NCBI GenBank assembly: GCA_965222225.1
Contig: CBDCTK010000002.1
Coordinates: 4,416,001-4,480,000 of the forward strand
Length of the DNA: 64,000 nucleotides
Direction of reading: 5' to 3'
Origin: Candidatus Poribacteria bacterium
GTDB lineage: Bacteria; Poribacteria; WGA-4E; JAJDTR01
A program made the position numbers and the translations under genes. Shown here in pieces: positions 41,640 through 51,906 of this stretch (its first letter is position 1; every line of letters starts with the position of its first letter). A model generated the notes under the pieces. That model saw only the letters and a list, made by a program, of their open reading frames with translations, was not told the DNA's origin and ran no database searches.

Positions 41640-43136
41640 TTGAATTTTAGATTAGTTCTCTACACACTTGGCAACCTGTTAATTTTCCTCGCCGGGTCAA
41701 TGCTCCTTCCTCTCGTCGTAGCCCTGTATTATGGGGGGACTGAAGGCGACACAGACCTTTGGGCGTTCCTGTCTTCTTTTGCGATTACATGCCTGATAGG
41801 CGTTGTCCTGCGCTTTACCGCCAAGTTCAAGCAAGAATTGCGCAATAAAGAGGGAGCCGCAGTTGTGGCGTTTGGCTGGACCGGATGCGCTATTTTTGGA
41901 GCCCTTCCCTATTTCTTCCACAACGTTTTTGGCGACGTTGACAGAAATTTTCTTGTCGAGTTTTCATTCTGCTTTTTTGAATCCATGTCCGGGTTTACCA
42001 CCACGGGAGCGACCGTCCTCACACAGATTGAAGGGGTTCCCAAAGGGATACTCTTCTGGCGCAGTTTTACTCACTGGCTTGGAGGAATGGGAATTGTTGT
42101 TCTAGCCGTTGCCATCCTGCCGATGCTGGGTGTCGGAGGGATGCAGTTATTCCGTGCAGAAGCGCCGGGGCCTCAGACGGAGCGCTTGACGCCGCGTATC
42201 GCCCAGACGGCGAAGTTACTTTGGGGCGTCTACGTGCTCATTTCAGCGGTCGAAGTGTTATTGTTGTGGTTAGGGGGTATGACGTTGTTCGACGCACTCT
42301 GTCATACGTTTGGCACAATGGCAACAGGCGGTTTTTCTACCAAGAATCTGAGCATTGGTCAGTATGACAGTGTCTATTTCGATGTGGTGGTTACCTTCTT
42401 TATGTTCCTCGCCGGAACCAATTTTGCTCTGCATTACCGCGCACTTCGCGGAAACTTTGCCAGTTATCTCAAAGACGCCGAATTTCGCTTTTACGGACTA
42501 ATCTTCCTTCTGTGCACAGGGCTAATCGTTTGGAACACGATGAGCATGAAAGTGGGAGACACTGTCGTCTATGATTCTTTTGGAGATGCCCTGCGCTATG
42601 CCTCTTTCCAAGTAGGCGCCATCATCACAACGACCGGCTATGGAACTTTTGATTTCGAAAAATGGCCTGCGCTTTCGCAATTTCTACTGGTGATTCTCAT
42701 GTTTTTCGGCGGGTGTGCCGGATCAACGGGCGGCGGGTTAAAACAGATACGATTCCTGCTCCTAATAAAACAGGGATATGTGGAAATAAAAAGGTTGATA
42801 CTTCCACACGCGGTGCTTCCTGTCAAAGTCGGTAATCGGGTTGTTCCACAGGAGGTCATGACAAATGTGCTCGGGTTTTTCTTTCTTTTTATTGGCATCT
42901 TCGCCATAGTGACTTGCATAATGGCAGCGCTCGGACTGGACCTCGTCAGTGCCGCGGCATCCACCATAGCGACCATGGCGAACATAGGTCCCGGACTTGG
43001 CAGCGTGGGGCCTATTGACAACTATGCCCATATCCCGACAGTCGGGAAGTTCATACTCAGTTTTTGTATGTTGCTAGGACGCTTGGAGTTGTATACTGTG
43101 CTCGTTCTGTTTGCCCCCGAGCTGTGGAGAAAATGA
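41640..43136 (+). CDS. trkH: Trk potassium uptake membrane protein
   Basis: FESMSGFTTTGAT, WLGGMGI, TGGFS, GGCAGSTGGG.K, NIGPG, LLGRLE. Confidence 0.96.
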   Translation: MNFRLVLYTLGNLLIFLAGSMLLPLVVALYYGGTEGDTDLWAFLSSFAITCLIGVVLRFTAKFKQELRNKEGAAVVAFGWTGCAIFGALPYFFHNVFGDVDRNFLVEFSFCFFESMSGFTTTGATVLTQIEGVPKGILFWRSFTHWLGGMGIVVLAVAILPMLGVGGMQLFRAEAPGPQTERLTPRIAQTAKLLWGVYVLISAVEVLLLWLGGMTLFDALCHTFGTMATGGFSTKNLSIGQYDSVYFDVVVTFFMFLAGTNFALHYRALRGNFASYLKDAEFRFYGLIFLLCTGLIVWNTMSMKVGDTVVYDSFGDALRYASFQVGAIITTTGYGTFDFEKWPALSQFLLVILMFFGGCAGSTGGGLKQIRFLLLIKQGYVEIKRLILPHAVLPVKVGNRVVPQEVMTNVLGFFFLFIGIFAIVTCIMAALGLDLVSAAASTIATMANIGPGLGSVGPIDNYAHIPTVGKFILSFCMLLGRLELYTVLVLFAPELWRK

Positions 43137-43172
43137 CCCGTGTGGTCATTACGAGAAAAGACGGGATGGAAG

Positions 43173-43811
43173 ATGGAAACAGATGAACTTCGCCGAGAAT
43201 ACAATTCCGACGGGTTGCGCGAATCAGATGCGGCTGAAAGCCCTTTTGAGCAATTTGCACTGTGGTTTCAACACGCGCTTGACGCTAAAATCGATTTACC
43301 GGACGCCATGACGCTCGCAACCGTGTCAAAGAATGGGATGCCGTCGGCGAGAATAGTCCTGCTCCGAGGATTTGATGAACGCGGTTTCGTTTTTTACACC
43401 GACTACCAGAGTCAAAAAGGACAGGAACTTGCGGAAAATCCAAATGCCGCTTTGGTTTTCTATTGGCGAGAATTAGACCGACAAATCCGAGTTTCGGGAA
43501 CCGTCAGTACGGTTTCCCGTGAAGAATCGGAAAAATATTTTCGAAGCCGTCCCGTCAGCAGTCAGTTGGCAGCTTTGGCGTCAAAGCAAGGCGAGGTCAT
43601 TTCCGATCGGCAGAAATTAGAGTACAAGTTCAAGCAATTGATGGAGACCTATCGACAGAAAGCGATACCACTTCCGCCGTATTGGGGCGGTTTTCGTCTA
43701 TCACCCGACTGGTTCGAGTTCTGGCAGGGGCGTCCCAACCGCCTGCACGACCGACTCCGCTATACGCATCATCCCGGTAGACACTGGAAAATCGAACGGC
43801 TGTCACCATGA
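43173..43811 (+). CDS. pdxH: Pyridoxine/pyridoxamine 5'-phosphate oxidase
   Basis: LRREY, AMTLAT, RIVLL, EFWQGRPNRLHDR, IERLSP. Confidence 0.97.
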   Translation: METDELRREYNSDGLRESDAAESPFEQFALWFQHALDAKIDLPDAMTLATVSKNGMPSARIVLLRGFDERGFVFYTDYQSQKGQELAENPNAALVFYWRELDRQIRVSGTVSTVSREESEKYFRSRPVSSQLAALASKQGEVISDRQKLEYKFKQLMETYRQKAIPLPPYWGGFRLSPDWFEFWQGRPNRLHDRLRYTHHPGRHWKIERLSP

Positions 43812-44136
43812 TACGTTTTACCGCGGGCATCAGATTGGACAGGATTCAAAATTGAAAAAAAGGGCTTGACACCAGTTGTTGAAATATGTGACAATATAAT
43901 CGTTTTTCCACTCATTGGCAGGTAGCATGCAAGATGGATTATTACAATTCGTCTCCTTAGTTGACCCAAATTGTTCCGCCAGTGAACCGCACGATTGGAT
44001 GCCGCGCCTGTCCAATGTCTTTGCCTCTTGGATGGAACTAGGATTTACCCAGTTGAGACGTTTATTCGTCCTTTGTGAATTGGATTTTGAAGCTAGAAAA
44101 TGGGCGGCAACCTGCCCAATTCTTTTTGGCTTGAGC

Positions 44137-44154
44137 ATGTGAAAAATTTCACAA
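44137..44154. promoter_or_regulatory. Putative Rex operator upstream of nuoA
   Basis: ATGTGAAAAATTTCACAA versus consensus TTGTGAA-N4-TTCACAA (1 mismatch), 53 bp before nuoA. Confidence 0.65.
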
Positions 44155-44207
44155 GCGCATCAATTCTCCAAATATCTTGATTTGAGCAAATCATTCAACA
44201 CACACGA

Positions 44208-44576
44208 ATGCTAATTGATTACCTGCCTATTCTGCTGTTATTGGTTTTTGCCGTCGGTTTTGCGGCTATCAACCTTGCCCTTTCTCATCTCCTAGGTCCA
44301 AAGAAACCAACCCGATCGAAACTTTCCGTCTACGAGTCCGGGGTTCAACCTGTTGGGAACGCGCGCCAGCGGTTCACCATTAGGTTCGATCTAATCGCCA
44401 TGCTTTTCATCATTTTCGATATTGAGGTGGTGTTTCTGTATCCGTGGGCGATTGTTTTCAAGAAATTCTCGGAGAGTAGTGGCTATTTTATTTTGATTGA
44501 GATGCTGGTGTTCATCGGCATTCTCTTTTTAGGTTACATCTACGCGTGGAAGAAAGGTGGTTTGACATGGGATTAG
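44208..44576 (+). CDS. nuoA: NADH-quinone oxidoreductase subunit A
   Basis: [30 protein letters not shown]. Confidence 0.97.
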   Translation: MLIDYLPILLLLVFAVGFAAINLALSHLLGPKKPTRSKLSVYESGVQPVGNARQRFTIRFDLIAMLFIIFDIEVVFLYPWAIVFKKFSESSGYFILIEMLVFIGILFLGYIYAWKKGGLTWD

Positions 44577-45079
44577 AAAATAGATCCGACGACAATATCA
44601 TCACCACCACTGTCGGCAAGATAATCAATTGGGGACGAAAAAACTCGCTCTGGCCGATGCCCTTCGGGACTGCTTGTTGCGCGATTGAAATGATGGCTAC
44701 GCTCGCGTCTAAGTACGATTTGTCTCGCTTTGGGGCAGAAGCCATTCGGTTTTCGCCGCGCCAATCGGATTTGTTAATTGTTTCCGGTCGGATTTCCCTC
44801 AAAATGATGCCGGTGCTAAAGAAGATTTATGATCAGATGCCGGAGCCCAAATGGGTCATCTCAATGGGTGCGTGCGCATCTTGCGGCGGCGTGTTCGATA
44901 CCTATACGATGATTCAGGGCGTAGATCAGTTTCTGCCTGTTGATTTGTATATCCCAGGCTGCCCTCCACGACCCGAAGATTTGATTGATGCCGTGATGCA
45001 GATTCAACGCCAAATTGATTCCGGTGAACTGCCCAAGGGTACGCTTTCTGACGCAGACCGCCCTGCCGCTGTAGGATAA
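44567..45079 (+). CDS. nuoB: NADH-quinone oxidoreductase subunit B
   Basis: [30 protein letters not shown]. Confidence 0.98.
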   Translation: MGLENRSDDNIITTTVGKIINWGRKNSLWPMPFGTACCAIEMMATLASKYDLSRFGAEAIRFSPRQSDLLIVSGRISLKMMPVLKKIYDQMPEPKWVISMGACASCGGVFDTYTMIQGVDQFLPVDLYIPGCPPRPEDLIDAVMQIQRQIDSGELPKGTLSDADRPAAVG

Positions 45080-45085
45080 ATCATC

Positions 45086-45640
45086 ATGAGCGAAGAAGAA
45101 AAAGACACGACGAATTCAGATGAATCGCCGTCCGTATTTGGGAAGGTACGGGAGCAGTTTCAAGATGGCATCCTTGACTTCTCGAAGGAGTTTGGCGAGT
45201 TAACATTGGTCGTGCGCAAGGATTCTGTCTACGAAATCTTGGAATTTCTGAAGACTGATGCGGAGCTCTCTTACGATTTTCTCGTTGATGTCACTGCGGT
45301 TGATTACTCTCAGATGGAGGATGTGCTGACAAAATACGATTACGCTCGATTCATGGTAGTCTATCACCTTTACTCCTATAAAACGGGTGATCGCTTACGC
45401 CTTAAGGCGCCGGTGCATGAAAAGGAATTGTCGGTTCAATCAGTGACATCACTCTGGAAGGGCGCGGCTTGGCTTGAGCGAGAGGCGTATGACATGTTTG
45501 GAATTACCTTTGAGAACCACCCGGATCTTCGACGAATTTTGATGCCGGATGATTTTGAAGGGTATCCGCTTTGCAAGGACTATCCGCTGCGTGGTCGCGG
45601 CGAGCGTGAAACCTTTGATTTTGAACGTCAAAATGCCTAG
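45086..45640 (+). CDS. nuoC: NADH-quinone oxidoreductase subunit C
   Basis: DVTAVDY, WLEREAYDMFGI.F..HPDLRRILM. Confidence 0.97.
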   Translation: MSEEEKDTTNSDESPSVFGKVREQFQDGILDFSKEFGELTLVVRKDSVYEILEFLKTDAELSYDFLVDVTAVDYSQMEDVLTKYDYARFMVVYHLYSYKTGDRLRLKAPVHEKELSVQSVTSLWKGAAWLEREAYDMFGITFENHPDLRRILMPDDFEGYPLCKDYPLRGRGERETFDFERQNA

Positions 45641-45685
45641 CCTCAATAGTTACATCCGACTTTGACAAGGGGAGATAAACGGGAT

Positions 45686-46882
45686 ATGCACGCAGATATG
45701 GAACGTGTCGCAGGCGAAAAAATGATGTTGAACTTCGGCCCTCAGCATCCGGCGACACACGGTACACTGCGGCTCGTGTTAGAACTTGATGGCGAGACCG
45801 TTGTCAAAGCCACACCTCATCTCGGCTACCTCCATACCGGTTTTGAAAAACTCGGCGAGCACCTAGACTACAATCAGTATATTGTTGTTACGGATCGGAT
45901 GAATTATCTCTCTCCTCTATCCAACAACTTTGGTTACGTCCTTGCCGTTGAAAAACTCCTAGGCTTAGAAATACCTAAACGTGGTCAGTACGTGCGGGTT
46001 CTCATGGCGGAGTTGTCTCGTCTTGCCGATCATCTGCTCTGGCTGGGAATGGGCGCTCTCGACCTTGGCGCATTCACCGCGTTTCTCTATGGATTCAAAG
46101 AGCGTGAAAAACTGTACAGTATCTTCGAGAAGACAACAGGGGCCCGTTTAACCACGAGCTATACTCGTGTCGGCGGCGTTTTGAGAGACTTGTATGACGG
46201 GTTTGAAGAAGATGTCAACGCGTTTCTTTCAGCTTTTCCGAAAACGCTCAAGGAGGTACACACCCTACTCACGCGGAATCGGATCTGGATGGATCGGACG
46301 AAAGAGGTTGGTGTTATTTCGGGCGAAGATGCCATCAGCTACGGTTTGACGGGACCTTGTCTACGCGCCTCTGGAGTCGAGCATGATCTAAGAAAGGCTG
46401 AACCTTATTCCTCTTACGAGGATTTCGATTTTGACGTGCCAGTAGGCGACAATGGCGACGTGTATGACCGTTATCTGGTTCGGATGGAGGAGATGGTGCA
46501 GAGTTGTCATATCATTAGGCAAGCGATGGCCAATCTACCTGAAGGCCCCGTGAATGTTCCGGATAACAAGATTATTCTTCCTGAAAAAAAGGACGCTTAC
46601 GGACACATTGAAGGGCTGATTCACCACTTCAAGATTATTATGGATGGGCACGGTGTTCAGCCGCCGTGTGGTGAGATCTATTCCGCAACCGAGTCCCCCA
46701 ACGGTGAACTCGGGTTCTACATCGTCAGCGATGGAAGCGGCACCGCCTATCGGATTCGCATTCGTCCGCCGAGCCTATTGCAATATCAGGTTGTACCTCA
46801 TATGGTTGAGGGGGGTATGGTGTCCGATATTGTCGCTGTGCTGGGAAGTATGAATATCATTGCAGGGGAGTTGGATCGGTAG
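45686..46882 (+). CDS. nuoD: NADH-quinone oxidoreductase subunit D
   Basis: NFGPQHPATHGTLRL, GYLHTGFEK, DRMNY, ESPNGELG, GELDR. Confidence 0.98.
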   Translation: MHADMERVAGEKMMLNFGPQHPATHGTLRLVLELDGETVVKATPHLGYLHTGFEKLGEHLDYNQYIVVTDRMNYLSPLSNNFGYVLAVEKLLGLEIPKRGQYVRVLMAELSRLADHLLWLGMGALDLGAFTAFLYGFKEREKLYSIFEKTTGARLTTSYTRVGGVLRDLYDGFEEDVNAFLSAFPKTLKEVHTLLTRNRIWMDRTKEVGVISGEDAISYGLTGPCLRASGVEHDLRKAEPYSSYEDFDFDVPVGDNGDVYDRYLVRMEEMVQSCHIIRQAMANLPEGPVNVPDNKIILPEKKDAYGHIEGLIHHFKIIMDGHGVQPPCGEIYSATESPNGELGFYIVSDGSGTAYRIRIRPPSLLQYQVVPHMVEGGMVSDIVAVLGSMNIIAGELDR

Positions 46883-46942
46883 GATTGATAGAGTTTCCGC
46901 CGTTGTTCAGCTTAAGAATGCAGGACATTCCAGGGGAACCAC

Positions 46943-47284
46943 GTGAATCTTGGGGGCATCATACTCTTCATCAAAGACATGCAGGCTGCTATCGCGTATT
47001 ATCGGGATAGCCTCGGATTGCACCCTGATGTAGAACAGCCGTTTCCGGCTAACAGTTTTTTCCGCTTTAACACCGGGTAGTGTAAACTCTGCCTTCACAA
47101 AGCGGGAAAGCCTAACGGCGGAAGACAAAAGATTGTCTTTCACGTCGAAAGTGTAAACGATGTTCATCGGAACTTGGAAGCTAAGGGGTTGCAATTAAGA
47201 CCATTAAAGAACGAGGATGGTCAAGCAATTTTCGACATTAGGGGCCCCGAAGGAAACCGGATTCGGTTTTGGGGGAACTGCTAA
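46943..47284 (+). pseudogene. VOC/glyoxalase-family gene with an in-frame TAG at 47078-47080
   Basis: Translates as MNLGGIILFIKDMQAAIAYYRDSLGL...FNTG*CKLCLH...IVFHVESV...IRGPEGNRI; AGGGGA RBS; absent from the ORF track. Confidence 0.75.
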
Positions 47285-47322
47285 CCAAGTCTCTCTGACA
47301 CGTTTTTTAACGCTCGCGTTAA

Positions 47323-47552
47323 GATCCTGTTTGAATAATCGGTGGCAATGCCATTTTTAGTCATTTGTCGGAAGTTTTTTCATGTTTTCATTGTTGGCTG
47401 CTACAAACCTGTAGGATCTCTATCGCAGTCGCTATTCGCTCCCTTGATCCCACGCTGGGGCTTTTAGAGGCTGGTAGGATTTCTATCGCGCTCATTATTC
47501 ATTCGCTTGATCGCAGTGCGCACCCTACAAACTGTACTTTTCAACCAGGCTC
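47323..47552. mobile_element. Composite MITE with a TAA target-site duplication
   Basis: Ends GATCCTGTTTGAATAAT / ACTTTTCAACCAGGCTC with TAA on both sides; inverted homologue of 5105-5307. Confidence 0.75.
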
Positions 47553-47574
47553 TAAGAGTTTAATTGAATAATAA

Positions 47575-48618
47575 TAGGAGTTACGCAGTTGAGTGAAAAT
47601 AGGTTATAATTTGAGTATGAATCCCCCTAAATATACTGACACTGACTATATTGATTTCTTGGTAGCCGCTCAGAAAAGTTACAGTTGTCTTGAATCGGAA
47701 AAAGTTCAACCCCAAGCTGATAATCCTCCGGCTCACGATTCGATAACACGGCTCTTGCATCGAGAGGAACCCGATACTGGCAAACTGTGGCAAGAATCGA
47801 GAAATCAGGTGAAATTAGAATCCGGAATTTTAGTTATAGATGACTCGACTCTGGATAAACCTTATTCACAAAAGATTGAACTCGTGACAAAACACTGGTC
47901 AGGGAAACACCACCGAGTTGTGAATGGGATTAACTTGGTCACTTTGCTCTGGACGGATGGCGATAGACATATTCCGTGTGATTATCGAATCTATGATAAA
48001 GCCAAAGACGGCTTGACGAAGAATGAGCATTTCCGCGCCATGCTTGAAGAAGCGAAAACACGCGGTTTTGCTCCTGAATGTGTGTGTTTTGATAGTTGGT
48101 ATGCCAGTCTAAAGAATCTAAAAGCGGTGCGAGGTCATGGTTGGAAGTGGCTTACTCGTCTAGCTGCCAACCGACTTGTCAGTAAAGATTATTCCGGTAA
48201 CCGTCCGGTGAGTACGCTTCCGAGTGAATCAACAGGTACAATTGTCCATCTCAAAGGCTATGGATTGATTCGAGTATTTAAGGTTGACACTCCAGAAGGT
48301 GACATTGAATATTGGGCAACGAATGATTTACAGATGGACGAATTGACGCGTCTCAAATATGCCGAATGGTCTTGGACAATAGAAGAATATCATCGCGGGA
48401 TTAAGCAATTTGTTGGCATTGAACGCGCACAAGTGCGCTCTGCTCGCACTCAAAGAAATCATATCGGTTTAGCGCTGAGAGCCTTTCTGAGAATTGAGCA
48501 CTATTGCTATCATACCGGTATCAGTTGGTTTGATGCAAAACTCTCTATTGTCAGAGATGCGGTACGGGCTTATTTGGCACAACCTCTTTATACGCTTCAG
48601 CCAACTGCGTAACTCCTA
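47575..48618 (+). mobile_element. IS701-family insertion sequence (1044 bp)
   Basis: Perfect 17-bp TIRs TAGGAGTTACGCAGTTG / CAACTGCGTAACTCCTA; AATAA direct repeats at 47570-47574 and 48619-48623. Confidence 0.9.
47617..48612 (+). CDS. DDE transposase (IS701 family)
   Basis: VIDDSTLDK, FDSWYAS, WTIEEYHRGIKQ; the ORF ends inside the right TIR. Confidence 0.93.
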   Translation: MNPPKYTDTDYIDFLVAAQKSYSCLESEKVQPQADNPPAHDSITRLLHREEPDTGKLWQESRNQVKLESGILVIDDSTLDKPYSQKIELVTKHWSGKHHRVVNGINLVTLLWTDGDRHIPCDYRIYDKAKDGLTKNEHFRAMLEEAKTRGFAPECVCFDSWYASLKNLKAVRGHGWKWLTRLAANRLVSKDYSGNRPVSTLPSESTGTIVHLKGYGLIRVFKVDTPEGDIEYWATNDLQMDELTRLKYAEWSWTIEEYHRGIKQFVGIERAQVRSARTQRNHIGLALRAFLRIEHYCYHTGISWFDAKLSIVRDAVRAYLAQPLYTLQPTA

Positions 48619-48997
48619 AATAAGTGGGAAACCCATCTTTAGTCATTTGAGTTGCTATATACTTGAGGAGTTCAATCGCGTTCCCTATTCGGTCACTTGA
48701 TTGCCTCTGACGTTTTCAAAGGCTGGTGCGCATTGCGCACCCTACAAGATGTGGACTTGTCTCGCGCTCGCGTAAAGACGCGTAAAGAGTTGTGGGTTCG
48801 ATTCTTTTGCGAATTGTCAAGCCTAGGTGATTTTAAGTGGGAAAGGGCGGGTAAAACATGACGCGGTTAAGCCTTGTTTCATTATCGTGTCTAAGATACC
48901 CCCGGGGATTGTAGGATCGGGTGTGAATTGAAATGCCCGCAGTAAGCAAGGGTGCTTTTAGGCACCTCAGACACTTTGGCTCAGAAGGAATTAGCGG

Positions 48998-49519
48998 ATG
49001 TCTGATGAGTTGATTCATATCGAAACACCATTTCAGTTTTCTGAATCAAATAGACAGGAAATTGATGAACTCATCCAGCGGTATCCGGTGAAGGAAGCCG
49101 CTATGCTTCCGGTTCTCCATATCGCGCAGAAGCAGGCGGGCTACATCACTCCGGGCGTCATGAAACACGTCGCAGAGCTCCTAGAGGTGTCCGTGATGAA
49201 GGTCAAGGATGTGGTGACGTTCTATCCGATGTTCTTCGAGGAGCCTGTGGGCAAATATGTTATTCGTGTCTGTTATACGCTGCCTTGTGCTCTACGCGAT
49301 TGCAAATTGGTGCTGGATCATCTGAAAGAAAAACTCGGAACAGATGTGGCGTCCGAGACGAACTTGGCGAAGGGGACAACCGATGACGGGAAATTTACCA
49401 TTCTCAAATCGGAGTGCCTAGCATCTTGTGATGTTGCCCCGGTGATGATGGTCAACGACGACCTACACAAAAACCTCACACCAGAAAAAGTCGATGATCT
49501 CTTGGACGGCTTAACGTAA
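48998..49519 (+). CDS. nuoE: NADH-quinone oxidoreductase subunit E
   Basis: VVTFYPMF, C-x4-C (CYTLPC) and CLASC 2Fe-2S ligands. Confidence 0.96.
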   Translation: MSDELIHIETPFQFSESNRQEIDELIQRYPVKEAAMLPVLHIAQKQAGYITPGVMKHVAELLEVSVMKVKDVVTFYPMFFEEPVGKYVIRVCYTLPCALRDCKLVLDHLKEKLGTDVASETNLAKGTTDDGKFTILKSECLASCDVAPVMMVNDDLHKNLTPEKVDDLLDGLT

Positions 49520-49534
49520 GGTGCGGGCTAAACC

Positions 49535-51007
49535 ATGATTCAAGAACGACGAATACTCTACGAACACCTTGATGTCCCGGACATAAACACCTTTGATGTG
49601 TTTCGTCAGTACGATGGCTACAAACGCTTCGAGAAGGCGCTAGAGGAGTATCAGCCGGACGAGATTGCGGACATGGTGATGAAGTCGGGATTGAAAGGCA
49701 GAGGCGGCGCGGGATTCTTGACCGGTCTAAAATGGAGTTTCGTGCCACGCGATATTGAGCCGCGGTACTTGTGCTGCAATGCCGATGAAAGTGAACCCGG
49801 CACCTTTAGCAACCGGTATGTTTTGGAGAAAAACCCGCATCTGCTCATTGAGGGGATTCTGATTTGCTGCTACGCGATGGGGATTCATACAACATACATC
49901 TATATTCGCGGTGAATTTACTCTCGGCAAGCAGATGCTCGATCAGGCAATCGCAGAAGCCTATGAGCACGGATATCTGGGAAAGAATATCCTCGGCAAGG
50001 GTTTTTATCTGGATGTGTATTCTCACCCGGGAGCCGGAGCCTATATCTGCGGTGAAGAAACGGGGCTGATTGAATCGCTTGAAGGGAAACGGGGCCAACC
50101 CCGCAACAAACCGCCATTCCCGGCGGTGTCCGGCGTATTCAACAAACCGACCGTCGTCCAAAATGTGGAGACCTTGTGCAATTTGCCGTTCATCGTCGAT
50201 AAGGGCGTCGAATGGTATACGAGCATGGGGCCAACCTATGGCGATACAAGATTCCATCCGCCCAAGGCTGACCAAAACACGGGCACAAAGCTTTATTGCA
50301 TCAGTGGAGATGTAAACAAGCCTGGCGTCTACGAGCTAGACCTCGGGCTCACCTGCGAAGAATTGATTGAGGTTGCGGGCGGACTCAGGGGAATTCAGGT
50401 GAAAGCCGTCATCCCGGGCGGTAGCTCAGCGCCAATTCTGACGCACTATGAGCTGGATACGCGCTTGGATTTCACCGCTCTGACCTTGGCGAAGTCGATG
50501 CTCGGCTCCGGGGGCATCATTGTAATGAATGAGTCGCGGAATATCGTCGATTGCCTCCTAAACATCATGAAGTTCTATGCGCACGAATCGTGTGGACAGT
50601 GTACACCGTGCCGTTGGGGAACGCCTTGGGTGCGAGACATCGTTCAACGCATCGCAGATGGCGAAGGGCGTAAATCCACGATTACCCGACCGAAGTTTGG
50701 TGTCACGGAGAGTGGCAGATGGGGCGACACAAGGGAGACGGAGGAAATCTATGAGGATCTTGACCTGCTGGAAAGCGTCGCGAACAATATCGCAAATGTG
50801 GACACGATGACATGGGATACAATCTGTGTGTTTGGCATAGCCGTCTCATGGCCTGCCGTGAGTTACATGCGCAAGTTCCGTCCTGAGTTCGAAGCTTGCA
50901 TTCGCGAGGGGGAGCTTGTTACTCTTTCGGTTGATGAAGCAACTGTTCCGCCCGAAGAAAATTATGCGTTCCAACAGCGGATTATCCCAAAGGTGCTTGA
51001 AACGTGA
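49535..51007 (+). CDS. nuoF: NADH-quinone oxidoreductase subunit F
   Basis: GRGGAGF.TG.KW, NADESEPGTF, GAGAYICGEET, HESCGQCTPCR, TIC. Confidence 0.98.
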   Translation: MIQERRILYEHLDVPDINTFDVFRQYDGYKRFEKALEEYQPDEIADMVMKSGLKGRGGAGFLTGLKWSFVPRDIEPRYLCCNADESEPGTFSNRYVLEKNPHLLIEGILICCYAMGIHTTYIYIRGEFTLGKQMLDQAIAEAYEHGYLGKNILGKGFYLDVYSHPGAGAYICGEETGLIESLEGKRGQPRNKPPFPAVSGVFNKPTVVQNVETLCNLPFIVDKGVEWYTSMGPTYGDTRFHPPKADQNTGTKLYCISGDVNKPGVYELDLGLTCEELIEVAGGLRGIQVKAVIPGGSSAPILTHYELDTRLDFTALTLAKSMLGSGGIIVMNESRNIVDCLLNIMKFYAHESCGQCTPCRWGTPWVRDIVQRIADGEGRKSTITRPKFGVTESGRWGDTRETEEIYEDLDLLESVANNIANVDTMTWDTICVFGIAVSWPAVSYMRKFRPEFEACIREGELVTLSVDEATVPPEENYAFQQRIIPKVLET

Positions 51008-51126
51008 AATGTGACGCAATCTATTGCACGTTTCAGATTATCTGTCACATGTAGAAATGGCATAAGATGCTTGCTGCAGGGAACCCGATGCGCTAGGCCC
51101 GAGTTTAGCCGGCGAAATGCTTCAAA

Positions 51127-51906
51127 ATGATTCGCGTCTCTCATCTCACAAAAAAATATGGGACGAGCATCGCCGTTGATGATATCAGCTTTGAGGTTCC
51201 AGCGGGGCAGATTGTTGGTTACTTGGGACCCAACGGCGCTGGAAAAAGCACAACACTGAAAATGCTTGTCGGTTTGGTTGAACCGACCGCAGGCGACATC
51301 TCAGTCGCCGGTTGTGATGCGGCGACCGAAATGCTTGAACTCAAAAAGCGCATCGGATACGTTCCCGAAGATGCACAGCTATTTGAGAGCCTAACCTTGG
51401 CTGAACATCTTCAGTTAACGGGGAGGCTCTACCACGTTGAAGAGGCACTTATCGGCAAGAAAATCCTTGAGTTCGCTCGTCTTTTTGACATGGCGTCGTA
51501 TACCAAACAGAAAATAAGCAGCTTTTCACAAGGAATGCGCCAGAAACTGCTGATTATTTCCGCCTTGCTGCACAATCCGGATGTTCTGTTATTTGACGAA
51601 CCCTTTACCAATCTGGATGTGATGACAGTCACGTTCATGAAAACGATGTTACAGCGGCTCGCCGAGGCAGGTAAAACGATTCTATACTGTACACATATCC
51701 TTGAAGTGGCGGAAACACTCTGTCCCCGGGTTATGATTATCAACGAAGGAAAACTAATCGCCGATGCCAATGTTGATGAACTGCGGCGGATGACAAGTCA
51801 AACGGAGTTGGCTCAAATCTTCGCGCAACTCACCGACACTGTCAGAGGAATCAATCAAAGAACCGAGGATGCGGTTCGGATTGTGATGGGAGACACCGAT
51901 GCTTGA
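51127..51906 (+). CDS. ABC transporter ATP-binding protein (ABC-2 type)
   Basis: GPNGAGKST, FSQGMRQK, LFDEP, CTH. Confidence 0.93.
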   Translation: MIRVSHLTKKYGTSIAVDDISFEVPAGQIVGYLGPNGAGKSTTLKMLVGLVEPTAGDISVAGCDAATEMLELKKRIGYVPEDAQLFESLTLAEHLQLTGRLYHVEEALIGKKILEFARLFDMASYTKQKISSFSQGMRQKLLIISALLHNPDVLLFDEPFTNLDVMTVTFMKTMLQRLAEAGKTILYCTHILEVAETLCPRVMIINEGKLIADANVDELRRMTSQTELAQIFAQLTDTVRGINQRTEDAVRIVMGDTDA

